64,000 nucleotides of DNA from an uncultured Chromatiales bacterium. GTDB taxonomy: Bacteria > Bacteroidota > Ignavibacteria > SZUA-365. Of this stretch, positions 19,027 to 29,160 are shown one piece after another (the first letter of the stretch is position 1; the number at the start of each line of letters is the position of its first letter). A program made the position numbers and the translations under genes. Location: assembly GCA_964388275.1 (NCBI GenBank), contig CAYLZD010000002.1:131089-195088 (forward strand), given 5' to 3'. The notes beneath the pieces are model-generated. The model saw only the letters and a program-made list of their open reading frames with translations, was not told the DNA's origin and made no database searches.

Positions 19027-19872
19027 TCACCAGGGAAGCCAGGGGAATGAACGAAAGTTCGGCTTTCGCTTCTCCACGTACGCATTCTTGCCTTCCTGGG
19101 CCTCCTCGGACATATAGTACAGTAAAGTGGCGTTTCCGGACAGTTCCTGAATGCCCGCCTGTCCGTCGAGTTCCGCATTGAACGCGGATTTGAGTAGTCT
19201 TATGGCGAGCGGGGATTTTTCGAGTATCTCCAAAGCCCAGGTCACGCCTTCCTGCTCGAGTTGATCCACCGGGACGACCGCGTTGACAAGGCCCATTTCA
19301 AAGGCCTCACGGGCGTTGTAACGGCGGCACAGATACCAGATTTCCCTCGCCCGTTTCTGCCCGACCAGCCGGGCCAGATACGAGGCGCCGAAACCACCGT
19401 CGAAACTTCCGACGCGCGGACCTGTTTGGCCGAAAACGGCATTGTCGGCCGCTATAGTCAGGTCGCAGACCACGTGAAGCACGTGCCCTCCGCCGATGGC
19501 GAAACCCGCTACCAAAGCGATGACGGGCTTGGGCATCGTGCGTATCAGTCTCTGGAGTTCGAGCACGTGCAATCTTGGCGGACCGCCCTCGGACGACATA
19601 TAGCCCGCATTCCCGCGTATCCGCTGGTCGCCTCCGCTGCAGAATGCGTATTTCCCGTCGCTTGCCGGCCCTTCTCCGGTCAGAAGCACCACTCCGGTGG
19701 AAGTATCGCAGGCGGCGATCCGGAATGCGTCGAGAAGTTCATCGAGCGTTTCGGGACGAAAAGCGTTCCGCACCTCCGGACGGTTGATGGCGATGCGGGC
19801 CACGCCCTCGTCGCATCCCTGAAATGTTATGTCGCCGTACTCCTTGATGGCGCGCCATTTCACGTTTTTCAT
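19027..19872 (-). CDS. menB: 1,4-dihydroxy-2-naphthoyl-CoA synthase
   Basis: Crotonase fold with MenB signatures ([24 protein letters not shown]; [11 protein letters not shown]; SMSEEAQEG). Confidence 0.9.
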   Translation of the reverse strand: MKNVKWRAIKEYGDITFQGCDEGVARIAINRPEVRNAFRPETLDELLDAFRIAACDTSTGVVLLTGEGPASDGKYAFCSGGDQRIRGNAGYMSSEGGPPRLHVLELQRLIRTMPKPVIALVAGFAIGGGHVLHVVCDLTIAADNAVFGQTGPRVGSFDGGFGASYLARLVGQKRAREIWYLCRRYNAREAFEMGLVNAVVPVDQLEQEGVTWALEILEKSPLAIRLLKSAFNAELDGQAGIQELSGNATLLYYMSEEAQEGKNAYVEKRKPNFRSFPWLPW

Positions 19873-19949
19873 GTCATACTCCGGAGTGCTTCATTTTCTG
19901 TTTATGGGGCTGGAGAATCCTTTTCTGTGTTGCTTGTGTCGCCGTTCCT

Positions 19950-22595
19950 TCATATGCCGTCCCAGAATCCGTCAAGCGCTGCGGCCACGGCTTCGGGGGA
20001 TTCGGCGGGCGCGTCATGGCCGCAGTCCGGCACTATTACGAGCTTCGAATCCGGAATAAGTTCCGCCATGCGTCTGGAAATATCGGAATAAACGCCGTCT
20101 CGATCACCCGCGATCACGAGTGTCGGGATGGTCAGGCCGGGCAGGACTGTCCACAAGGGATTCATCGCTCCCTGTCCCAGCCCCTCGAGAGCGAGCGCAT
20201 ATCCGGCGGAGCTTCCGCTCATACGCTCGTTCTTTTCTCTTCTTCGCGCGGTTTCCATGTGAACACGGCGTGTCAGAACAGGATTGCCGGCCCATCCGTC
20301 CACGAAACTCTCCAGTCCTTCTTCGAGGATCCTTCGCGCAAGGCGTCGGTCCTCGACGAGGCGCCGTTCCCTGGCGGCTTGATCTTCGATTCCCGGGGAT
20401 GCGCTGATCAGCGCCAGGCCGGCGACGCGTTCAGGATGCGACAGGGCGAAGTGCAGAGCCGCGCGGCCACCCAGCGAATAGCCGGCAAGATGCGCTCTGT
20501 CGGTCCCTATGCGGTCGAGAACGGAAAGAAGCATATCGTCAAGGCGTTCGAACGAGTACCATTCCACGCTTTGCGGACAGGGCGAGGATCCGTGTCCGGG
20601 CAGGTCTACCGCAATTACGGAACGGCCGGCCGACATGAATTTCGCGGCTTGTTCCCACGATGCCCCGCTCCTTGTGAATCCGTGCAGGAGAATTACAGGC
20701 GCCAGGCGCCCGGGCCCTCGTCTGAGCAAACGCCATGCAAGAGCCGCCGCTTCCGCTTCGTCGCTTGTAGTCGATGAGCGGAGGACCGGCCGGTCTTCCA
20801 ACGCTTTTTCAACTTTACCGGCCACGAAGGCCCGCATCGAGCGCGCTGCTTCGGTATTCGACCTGAATTCGATTATACGGGTTCCTGAGGCCGCGACCGA
20901 AGCTTCGAGAAGGCGGCTGTAATGTCCGGCATCCTCGGCCGAGTGGTACTCGATGCGAAAGGCCCGCGCTATTGCTTCGAGGTTCATCCCGTGCGGTGTG
21001 ACGAAGTGTTCGGTGAAAGCCGGCTCGAATTCACGAACGGCCAGCTGGTTGAAAATTTCCCCCCCGTTGTTGTTGATCACCACAATGGTGAGCGCGGCGT
21101 CGGAATTCCTGCACGCAAGCAGTCCGTCCAGATCGTGCAGAAAGGCGATATCGCCGGTGAGAAGAACTGTTGTGCCGCCGCGGGCCCTGGCGATTCCGGT
21201 CGCCGTGGCAGTGATGCCGTCGATTCCGTTGACGCCCCGGTTGAAAAAGACGTCGATATCGTGTTTCGATGAGGTCAGGTAGGTCTCAAGATCGCGTATG
21301 GGCATGCTGCTGGAAACCACAAGAGCCGCGCCGTCGGGCAACACGGCGTGGAGGCGGTGATATGCCTCGCCCACGAAAGCGTCGTCCAGGCCCTCCAGGG
21401 CGTCCGCGAGAGCGGCTCGGGTTTCGGCATCGGCCGCGACAATGCGCCGAGCCCACGAATGGTCGAAGGCGCCGTGCGGGCGTTGTTCAAACTCGTCCGC
21501 CAGCGCCTCCAGCAGAAGGGAGGGTTCGGTGGCGATTTGCGCGGATACCAGATGGTCGGGATCGTTGCGGCGAATGGAATTCGATATCGCGATCTGTTCC
21601 GCCTCTTCGCAGGATGCGAGGAATTTTTGAAGCGCGTCAGTAGTCGGCGCGGCGCCGAGCCGCAGGATCAGATCGGGACGAATAGTCTTCGCAAAAGCCG
21701 GAATCGACAAGGCTGCCGCGGCGCCTCCGAGAACGAGTTCCGCCCGCATCGGATCGAAGCGGAGCTGCGATGAGGCTTCCGCAAAAACCGGTGTTCCGAC
21801 AGCCGCGGCGAAGCGGCCCGCTGCGCGGCGGGCCCTTCGGCCGCGCGAATCCGGGCCCGCGATGACCAGGATTCGCTTGTGGAGACGCAGCGCGTCGGCG
21901 ACTCGGGCGACGAGCAGCGCATCCGGGCCGGCGTTCCCATCGACGAATTTCTGCCACGGCCGCCCGTAGCGGCGGCCTGCTATCGCGGATTCCGCCTCCG
22001 CTGAAAGCGTTTCCGGCAGGGCTGCATGGCCTGCGGCAACCGGTGTGGGTTCCAGAGGTTTTCGAAAGGGAATGTTCAGATGAACCGGGCCCGGGGATCG
22101 GCGGTCGTTGCAGAGCGCTATCGCATAACATGCCGTCGATCTCAGGGCGCGGAGTTTGTGCGCATCGGCTTCCGGCTGCGCCGACTCGCTGAACCAGCGG
22201 ACATGCCTTCCGTATAGATGCGTCTGGTCCATGGTCTGCGGCGCGCCGGAGTCCCGTAAATGAGCCGGCCTGTCCGCTGTGAGTATCAGCAACGGCGCAT
22301 CGGACAGATTCGCTTCGCACACCGCCGGAAGATAATTCGCTGCGGCGGTGCCTGACGTGCAGAGCAGAGCGGCGGGGTTGCCGTCGCCTTTGGCAAGACC
22401 GAGCGCGACGAAGCCGGCCGCCCTTTCGTCGATCACCGAATGTGCAGTGATATCGGGATGATTCGAGAAGGCCAGGACCAGCGGTGTCGAGCGGGCGCCC
22501 GGAGATATCACAACACGGCGCAGTCCGCATCGCGCCAGCTCGTCGACGAGGACCCGCGACCAGAGAGTGTTGATATTAGGGAAGTCGGCCTGCAT
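19950..22595 (-). CDS. menD: Bifunctional MenD (SEPHCHC synthase, ThDP-dependent) fused to MenH (SHCHC synthase, alpha/beta hydrolase)
   Basis: N-terminal ~560 aa is a ThDP enzyme with MenD N-terminus (WSRVLVDELARCGLRRVVISPGARSTPL). C-terminal ~280 aa is an alpha/beta hydrolase (ILLHGFTRSGASW, GYSLGGRAAL nucleophile elbow, C-terminal His). Confidence 0.85.
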   Translation of the reverse strand: MQADFPNINTLWSRVLVDELARCGLRRVVISPGARSTPLVLAFSNHPDITAHSVIDERAAGFVALGLAKGDGNPAALLCTSGTAAANYLPAVCEANLSDAPLLILTADRPAHLRDSGAPQTMDQTHLYGRHVRWFSESAQPEADAHKLRALRSTACYAIALCNDRRSPGPVHLNIPFRKPLEPTPVAAGHAALPETLSAEAESAIAGRRYGRPWQKFVDGNAGPDALLVARVADALRLHKRILVIAGPDSRGRRARRAAGRFAAAVGTPVFAEASSQLRFDPMRAELVLGGAAAALSIPAFAKTIRPDLILRLGAAPTTDALQKFLASCEEAEQIAISNSIRRNDPDHLVSAQIATEPSLLLEALADEFEQRPHGAFDHSWARRIVAADAETRAALADALEGLDDAFVGEAYHRLHAVLPDGAALVVSSSMPIRDLETYLTSSKHDIDVFFNRGVNGIDGITATATGIARARGGTTVLLTGDIAFLHDLDGLLACRNSDAALTIVVINNNGGEIFNQLAVREFEPAFTEHFVTPHGMNLEAIARAFRIEYHSAEDAGHYSRLLEASVAASGTRIIEFRSNTEAARSMRAFVAGKVEKALEDRPVLRSSTTSDEAEAAALAWRLLRRGPGRLAPVILLHGFTRSGASWEQAAKFMSAGRSVIAVDLPGHGSSPCPQSVEWYSFERLDDMLLSVLDRIGTDRAHLAGYSLGGRAALHFALSHPERVAGLALISASPGIEDQAARERRLVEDRRLARRILEEGLESFVDGWAGNPVLTRRVHMETARRREKNERMSGSSAGYALALEGLGQGAMNPLWTVLPGLTIPTLVIAGDRDGVYSDISRRMAELIPDSKLVIVPDCGHDAPAESPEAVAAALDGFWDGI

Positions 22596-22647
22596 CTTGG
22601 ATTAAGATTTTGCGGCACATGTCGTGGCGCGGGCGGCCGTTCGCGGC

Positions 22648-24024
22648 TCAGCCCTGGGCAAGCGCGGAGAGCACGGCTTGCATCTTGAAACGGGTTTCGT
22701 CCACCTCCTGCTTTATAGAACTGTCCGCGAGTATGCCCGCTCCGCCGTAAAGAAGGGCGCTGCGCTCATGGAGCAGCGCCGCCCTTATGGTGACGGCCGC
22801 GTCGCCGTTTCCGTTGCCGTCGAACCAGCCGGCCGCGCCTGCAAAGCGGCCGCGTGTAAAATTCTCAAGGGTTCTGATCATCCCAAGCGCCGTGTCCCTG
22901 GGAGCGCCGCAAACCGCTGGTGTCGGATGAAGCAGCGCCACGGCGTCCGTCAGCATTTTTCCTTCCTTCAGCAGGCCTTTCAAAGGCGTGACAAGATGCT
23001 GCACGTTCCGGAGGCGGAGAATTTCGGGGGAATCCATTTTCACTTCGTCGCAGATTTCACCGAGAACATGGTGGATCATTTCAACTACCAGCGAATGCTC
23101 CTTCCAGATTTTCGCGTTCGTCTGAAGCTGCCTTCTGTTGTTCTGCTCCTCGACGAGGTTTTTTCCGGTGGGCATCGTGCCGGCCATTGCGACTGCGCTG
23201 ATGCGGCCGCCATCGACGGCCGCCAGGCGCTCGGGCGTCGCGCTCATGAAACAGACATCGGGGGCCGGACAGTTGGCGTAAAGAAAGCAATCGGTGTAAC
23301 CGTCGTTCAGCGCCCGCAGGACTCGCGGAAGAATTATCGGCCGTTCCGGCTTCACCAGAGCCCTGCGCGCAAGCACCACTTTATCGATAGCTCTCCGCCT
23401 GAGCGAACGTACCGCCTGTTCCACCACGATCGTGAACGGCGCCTCGTTCCATTCGAGCTCGGCACACAACGGTTCGGATGCAACGGGCATTTCACAGTCA
23501 TCCGCCTTTTCCAGGAGCGGCAATCGCCGTTTCCACCCGTTCACGTCCTCGAAACCGCCCGCAAGCGAAACCACTGCCCCATGCTCGTCCTGGCGGAGAA
23601 GAAATGAAGGTATAACGAATTCGACGGCCGGAAAATCCTTCCATTCCACTGCGTCGTTTCGGTCTGCTGGATCGAAATGAAGCGAGAAAAATGCGCGGTG
23701 TTTTCGTTCGTGCTTTCCGTTCTCGAGCGCGCCTCTCGTCCATTCGGCGCTTTCCCTGAATTCGTTTCTCCAATCAGTCCTGCCGCCAGGCAAGCTCAGG
23801 GCGGCCGCGACGCCGGCGGCGATCATGAACTCGTTTTCCGGCGAGCGCCAGAGAATGACCGGGCCTCGTCCCAACTGACGAAGATGATCGAAGACCGCAA
23901 CCGGCGATGCGAACGGAGTGTGATCGATGAACTCCGTATGCGAAGGCCTGCAAATGCGCGCTGCGCCGGGATCCGGTGGTGGCATGTTCGCTTCCATTGC
24001 CGGAAATTCGCGTTTCCCGACCAC
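22648..24024 (-). CDS. menF: Isochorismate synthase
   Basis: Chorismate-binding enzyme C-terminal core (FAGAAGWFDGNGNGDAAVTIRAALL...SALLYGGAGI..S....E..E...K). Placed upstream of menD. Confidence 0.85.
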   Translation of the reverse strand: MVGKREFPAMEANMPPPDPGAARICRPSHTEFIDHTPFASPVAVFDHLRQLGRGPVILWRSPENEFMIAAGVAAALSLPGGRTDWRNEFRESAEWTRGALENGKHERKHRAFFSLHFDPADRNDAVEWKDFPAVEFVIPSFLLRQDEHGAVVSLAGGFEDVNGWKRRLPLLEKADDCEMPVASEPLCAELEWNEAPFTIVVEQAVRSLRRRAIDKVVLARRALVKPERPIILPRVLRALNDGYTDCFLYANCPAPDVCFMSATPERLAAVDGGRISAVAMAGTMPTGKNLVEEQNNRRQLQTNAKIWKEHSLVVEMIHHVLGEICDEVKMDSPEILRLRNVQHLVTPLKGLLKEGKMLTDAVALLHPTPAVCGAPRDTALGMIRTLENFTRGRFAGAAGWFDGNGNGDAAVTIRAALLHERSALLYGGAGILADSSIKQEVDETRFKMQAVLSALAQG

Positions 24025-24071
24025 AATTGAAAACCGCGTCCTGTTGTCGCGCCCGGGAGAACGCGGAACTT

Positions 24072-24857
24072 CTACAGAACCACTTCGGGAGCGTTTTTCG
24101 GATATCGGAATCTGAAATCGACGGGACTTTCATTCAAAGTAAGCCGCTCGAACGTCAGCGTCAGATTCTCCGAATTCCCCGGACGCGTCATTGAAATGAT
24201 TGTGGGGATGTATAAGTCCGATTTTCGCCTGAAATCCCTGTACCGGATTTCCTCGATAATTTGTCCGGCGGCAGACCTGCGGGTATATCGAGTGATCGCC
24301 TCATACGACGTATGCACGTCGTACTCGTGTGTTTCGTCCCGCGTTTTGTACGTGATGCGGTATACATCGTCCTTGAGTTCGCCGACAGGTGCGGCCTCCC
24401 GGGGCGCATCGTCGAATCCCATTCCCGCGATGAAAGCCCGTATGCGGTTGAACTCTATCGGTATGCGCAGTATGCTGCGCAGATTGGCCGCGGTGGTCAG
24501 GCCCCGCACAACCGTGTTTTCGTATCCGCTGTAGTAGATGAAATCGCGCGAGGTGAATACTCCGCGAGCTATGCCGATGCCGAAAGGCCCCGTTATGTCC
24601 ACCCAGAGTGAATCAGGCAGTTTCAGCCTGAGCTGTATGTTGCCGGTATTCGAAAGATCGGCAGTTTCCACCGAAATGCTGCCGCCTCCCTGCAGCGTCA
24701 GGATTCGCGCGTTTCTTGCCGCGACGGCGGCCATGACGCTTTCGGGGGTCAGAGGGCCGGAAGTATCGATGCCTTTCGGCGCCGAACAACCTGCCGCGAG
24801 AATTGCCGATAAAACGGCAATGGAAATATCATAAACTGCTATCCGCTTGACACGCAT
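24072..24857 (-). CDS. DUF4292-like outer-membrane lipoprotein (LolB-like fold)
   Basis: Lipoprotein signal with lipobox (ILAAGCS). DUF4292-like content. First gene of the men operon strand. Start ATG 24857. Confidence 0.5.
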   Translation of the reverse strand: MRVKRIAVYDISIAVLSAILAAGCSAPKGIDTSGPLTPESVMAAVAARNARILTLQGGGSISVETADLSNTGNIQLRLKLPDSLWVDITGPFGIGIARGVFTSRDFIYYSGYENTVVRGLTTAANLRSILRIPIEFNRIRAFIAGMGFDDAPREAAPVGELKDDVYRITYKTRDETHEYDVHTSYEAITRYTRRSAAGQIIEEIRYRDFRRKSDLYIPTIISMTRPGNSENLTLTFERLTLNESPVDFRFRYPKNAPEVVL

Positions 24858-25156
24858 TCCGAATCTTTCACTGTGGTGTATCGTTCCGGCATTGTCGGCA
24901 ATGCCGCGCCATCGTCGAAAATATAGGGCGTTGGAACGCCTCCGGCAAGGCGGTTTTCGGAAAACCGCTCGTATTGTCGCCTTCAGGGCCATGAGATTCA
25001 TCGCGAACGACAGGTTTTCTTATATTGTGACCTGACTATCGCAGCGCCTTGATCATCTTGCGGCAAGAATGACGGATTCCACAAGCAGTCGTTCCCGCCG
25101 TCTGAAATAACGCTGCGCCGGTATCTTATGGAATGCGAAATCATGAAAGCGCACGC

Positions 25157-26074
25157 ATGAGTCACGATCACAACAGGTTGCGCGCCGCAACATCCGGGGA
25201 TACGCCGCCTTCCGAGTCGAAGCGGCTGGGTTACGCCCTCCTGCTGACGCTCTCCGTCTGCGGCGCCGAAATTGCCGGCGGACTGCTCAGCGGAAGTCTC
25301 GCCCTTCTCAGCGACGCGGGTCACATGTTCGTCGACTCCGCCGCCCTGCTGATGAGCTATGCGGCGATCAAATTATCCGCCCGCCCCTCCGATTCGCGCT
25401 TCACGTACGGTTTGCGCCGCGTCGAGATTCTGGCCGCTCTGTTGAATGGAGCGACCCTGCTGCTCATGTGCGGCTTCATCATCTATGAAGCGGCCCTGCG
25501 CTTTCTGCATCCTCGCGAACCGGAGGTCGGGATCATGCTTGCCTTCGCCATTGTCGGCATCGGCGCCAATCTCGCAAGCGCCCTGTTGTTGCGACACGCG
25601 TGGAGCCTGAACGCGAGGAGCGCGTTCCTGCATGTTCTCGGCGATCTTTTCTCCAGCGGCGCCGTCGTGGCCGGGGGGGTGATCATGCTTTTTGTTTCGG
25701 TTCCCTGGCTGGACCCAGCGCTGTCGATCGCCATATCCGTCGTCGTTCTGACGAGCGCCCTGAAATTGACGCGGGAAGCGGTCGGAGTGCTCCTGGAGGC
25801 CACGCCCCGACACATAAACACTGATGAGATCCGATCCGAGTTCCTCGGCTTCCCTTTCATAAACGATGTCCACGATCTGCACGTGTGGACGATAGCCTCC
25901 GGACTGTGCGCATTGAGTTGTCATGTGGTGATCGAAGACTCCGCGCCGGCTTCGGAGGAAATTCTTCAATCATTGACGAGCGCCCTTCGCGGCAGGCACG
26001 GGATAGAACACGCGACCATACAGCTCGAATCGAGGTCGTACAACAGCAGGGAAGGTTCCTGCTTTTCCTGCTGA
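25157..26074 (+). CDS. czcD: Cation diffusion facilitator (CDF) family divalent-metal efflux transporter
   Basis: Six TM segments with CDF motifs (LLSDAGHMFVDSAALLMSY; HVLGDLFSSG) and a C-terminal cytoplasmic domain (DVHDLHVW). Confidence 0.85.
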   Translation: MSHDHNRLRAATSGDTPPSESKRLGYALLLTLSVCGAEIAGGLLSGSLALLSDAGHMFVDSAALLMSYAAIKLSARPSDSRFTYGLRRVEILAALLNGATLLLMCGFIIYEAALRFLHPREPEVGIMLAFAIVGIGANLASALLLRHAWSLNARSAFLHVLGDLFSSGAVVAGGVIMLFVSVPWLDPALSIAISVVVLTSALKLTREAVGVLLEATPRHINTDEIRSEFLGFPFINDVHDLHVWTIASGLCALSCHVVIEDSAPASEEILQSLTSALRGRHGIEHATIQLESRSYNSREGSCFSC

Positions 26075-26179
26075 CGCGCAGCTGCGCCTGTCGTTCGCGC
26101 CTGCTTATGAGAATCCATGCTCGGCGCTCTTGCTCACCGGCCTGGTTTTCACGATTTTGATATGATATTCCTGGCAGGC

Positions 26180-29056
26180 ATGAGTACGGATTTCATTTCA
26201 ATAAGAGGCGCGCGCGAACACAATCTGAAGAATATCGACATCGATATTCCTCGAAAACGTCTGGTCGTTATAACAGGACTCTCCGGATCGGGGAAATCCA
26301 GCCTCGCTTTCGATACCATATACGCCGAAGGGCAGCGACGATACGTTGAATGCCTCTCGGCTTATGCCAGACAGTTCCTCGGGGCCATGGAACGGCCTGA
26401 TGTAGACAGCATAGAGGGCTTGAGCCCAGCTATCTCGATAGAGCAGAAAACCGTCAGCCGCAGCCCGCGTTCCACAGTCGGCACCGTGACGGAAATCTAC
26501 GATTACCTCCGCTTGCTTTTCTCCAGGGCCGGTGTGCAGCACTGCCCGAAGGACGGAGCGCCTGTGCAGCGGCAGAGCCTGGATCAGATGGTCGACCGGG
26601 TGCTGGCGTTGGAAAAAGGCACAAGACTGGCGATACTTGCGCCGGTGGTTCGGGGAAGAAAAGGCCACTATCGCGAATTGTTCGAGCAGATTTCCAAGGA
26701 CGGTTTCACGAAAGTCCGGGTGGACGGGGAAATCCGTGAGATCGAGGAAGGAATGAAGCTGGACCGCTACAAAATCCACAACATCGAAATCGTGGTGGAT
26801 CGTCTTGTGGCGAATCCGGACGGGCGACGGAGGGTCGCCGACTCGCTCGAAATAGCCATGAGGTTTGGAGACGGCGTCACGATCATCAACACGGGCGGCG
26901 AGGACATCCTCATGAGCAGAAAAAACTCATGTCCTGTCTGCGGCTCGAGTTACGATGAGGCCGCGCCGAATTCGTTCTCGTTCAATTCGCCATATGGAGC
27001 ATGTCCCGAATGCGACGGTTTGGGGGAAAGACGGGAGTTCGATCTCGATCTGATCGTCCCCGATATTCACAAATCCCTCGAAAACGAGGGCATAGCTCCT
27101 CTGGGCAAACCGCGGAACACCTGGTGGTGGGCGCAGATTCGCGCCGTCGCCGAACGCTTCGGTTTCGGTCTCGACAGTCTCATCTGTGATATTCCGGAAG
27201 ACGCGATGCAGGTGCTGCTGAACGGCAGCGGCAAGGAGCAGTACAACATCCTGTATTCGCAATCAGGCGGACGGGTCGTCCAGTACAGGCACTCCATCTC
27301 GGGCGTCCTGCCGGGTTTGAGACATTATTACGAGAACACCGCTTCGAATCAAGTGCGCGAATGGGCCGAATCATTCATGACGTCCATACCGTGCTCCGCT
27401 TGCGGAGGAGGGCGATTGCGCCCAGAATCGCTGGCCGTCCGTTTTGCCGGACAAACCATCGACAGCATCTCCCGCATGTCGATCAAGGATGCCGCAGCGT
27501 TTTTCCACGCTCCCGATATGACGAAGCGACAGGAGGAGATCGCAAGGCAGATCGTGAAGGAAATATCCTCGCGGCTCGAATTCCTCGGGAACGTCGGATT
27601 GGATTATCTGTCGATCGATCGCAGCGCGCGATCCCTTTCCGGCGGCGAAGCCCAGAGAATCCGCCTGGCTACTCAAATCGGAACTCAACTTACCGGTGTT
27701 CTCTACGTTCTCGACGAACCTTCGATCGGTCTGCATCAGCGCGACAATCGCAAGCTCATCGATTCCCTCAAAAAGCTGAGGGATCTCGGCAACTCGGTAA
27801 TCGTGGTCGAGCATGATCGCGAAATGATCGAAAGCGCGGACCACATCGTAGATCTGGGACCGGGCGCGGGAGAGCACGGCGGTTCCGTCGTGTCCGCAGG
27901 CGACATAGATTCCCTGCTGCGCAAACGCCGTTTCAACGGTTCTCTCAAGGCCGGCACGACGGACAGGCCGGCGGCCTCATTGACTTCGGAATATCTGAAA
28001 GGCATCCGATCGATCACTCTTCCTGCAACGCGGCGGAAAGGCAGCGGAAATACGCTGATTCTCGAGGGAGCGCGCGGGCATAATCTCAAGGAAGTCACGC
28101 TTACCCTCCCGCTGGGCGCCCTGATTTGCGTGACGGGGGTCAGCGGCTCGGGAAAATCTTCCCTGATAAACGAGACGCTCTACCCGTTGCTGGCAAGACG
28201 TTTCTACAAGTCCAGCCTCCCCGTGCTGCAGTACCGCGAAATCCGCGGCGTCGAGCATCTGGACAAGGTCATCGACATCGACCAGTTGCCGATCGGCCGC
28301 ACACCACGCTCGAATCCCGCCACTTACACCGGCTTGTTCACATTGGTCCGGGATCTTTTTACCAATCTTCCGGAAGCGAAAATCCGCGGTTACAACGCGG
28401 GTCGATTCAGCTTCAACGTTCAGGGAGGCCGCTGCGACTCCTGCGACGGCGACGGCGTAAGAAAGATCGAGATGAATTTTCTGCCCGATGTCTACGTCCT
28501 CTGCGAGGTTTGTAAAGGAAAAAGATACAATCGCGAAACGCTCGAAGTCCATTACCGGGGCAAATCCATAGCCGACGTGCTCGACATGGCTGTGAGCGAA
28601 GCTCTGGAGTTTTTCGAGGATATCCCCCGCGTCCGGAGAAAACTTCAGACGCTGCACGATGTCGGACTCGGATACATACGCCTCGGCCAACAAGCCACAA
28701 CCCTGTCCGGAGGAGAAGCTCAGCGGGTCAAGCTTTCCACCGAACTCTCCAAGGTCGGAACAGGGAACACTCTTTACATACTGGACGAACCCACCACAGG
28801 TCTGCACTTCGAGGACGTGCGCATGCTTCTGGACGTGCTGTCGAAACTGGTGGATAAAGGGAACACCGTTCTCATCATAGAGCACAATCTCGACGTGATC
28901 AAAACCGCTGACTGGATCATCGACCTCGGTCCCGAAGGAGGGGATGCGGGTGGCTACATTATCGCGGAAGGGATTCCCGAACAGGTGGCCGCCGCGGGAA
29001 TCGGGCATACTGCCGAGTTTCTCCGGAGGGAAATTGTTCCGCAGGATTCGCGTTGA
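26180..29056 (+). CDS. uvrA: Excinuclease ABC subunit A
   Basis: Two ABC ATPase modules (GLSGSGKSSLAFDT; GVSGSGKSSLINE), Zn-finger Cys clusters, LSGGEAQR signatures. Length ~958 aa. Confidence 0.95.
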   Translation: MSTDFISIRGAREHNLKNIDIDIPRKRLVVITGLSGSGKSSLAFDTIYAEGQRRYVECLSAYARQFLGAMERPDVDSIEGLSPAISIEQKTVSRSPRSTVGTVTEIYDYLRLLFSRAGVQHCPKDGAPVQRQSLDQMVDRVLALEKGTRLAILAPVVRGRKGHYRELFEQISKDGFTKVRVDGEIREIEEGMKLDRYKIHNIEIVVDRLVANPDGRRRVADSLEIAMRFGDGVTIINTGGEDILMSRKNSCPVCGSSYDEAAPNSFSFNSPYGACPECDGLGERREFDLDLIVPDIHKSLENEGIAPLGKPRNTWWWAQIRAVAERFGFGLDSLICDIPEDAMQVLLNGSGKEQYNILYSQSGGRVVQYRHSISGVLPGLRHYYENTASNQVREWAESFMTSIPCSACGGGRLRPESLAVRFAGQTIDSISRMSIKDAAAFFHAPDMTKRQEEIARQIVKEISSRLEFLGNVGLDYLSIDRSARSLSGGEAQRIRLATQIGTQLTGVLYVLDEPSIGLHQRDNRKLIDSLKKLRDLGNSVIVVEHDREMIESADHIVDLGPGAGEHGGSVVSAGDIDSLLRKRRFNGSLKAGTTDRPAASLTSEYLKGIRSITLPATRRKGSGNTLILEGARGHNLKEVTLTLPLGALICVTGVSGSGKSSLINETLYPLLARRFYKSSLPVLQYREIRGVEHLDKVIDIDQLPIGRTPRSNPATYTGLFTLVRDLFTNLPEAKIRGYNAGRFSFNVQGGRCDSCDGDGVRKIEMNFLPDVYVLCEVCKGKRYNRETLEVHYRGKSIADVLDMAVSEALEFFEDIPRVRRKLQTLHDVGLGYIRLGQQATTLSGGEAQRVKLSTELSKVGTGNTLYILDEPTTGLHFEDVRMLLDVLSKLVDKGNTVLIIEHNLDVIKTADWIIDLGPEGGDAGGYIIAEGIPEQVAAAGIGHTAEFLRREIVPQDSR

Positions 29057-29160
29057 TATATTGGTTGTTGCAGCGTGACCCCTCTCGGATCGAATGACAA
29101 CAGAGCAGCCCTGCCCGTGAGTGGGGAGCAGAAGCTGTCCTTCCGCCGGATGAATGCATA

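Noticed and set aside
26075-26179. GCGCAGCTGCGC palindrome after czcD as a terminator
   Set aside because: A perfect 12-bp palindrome without a loop or a downstream T-tract is not a typical intrinsic terminator. Its significance is unclear.
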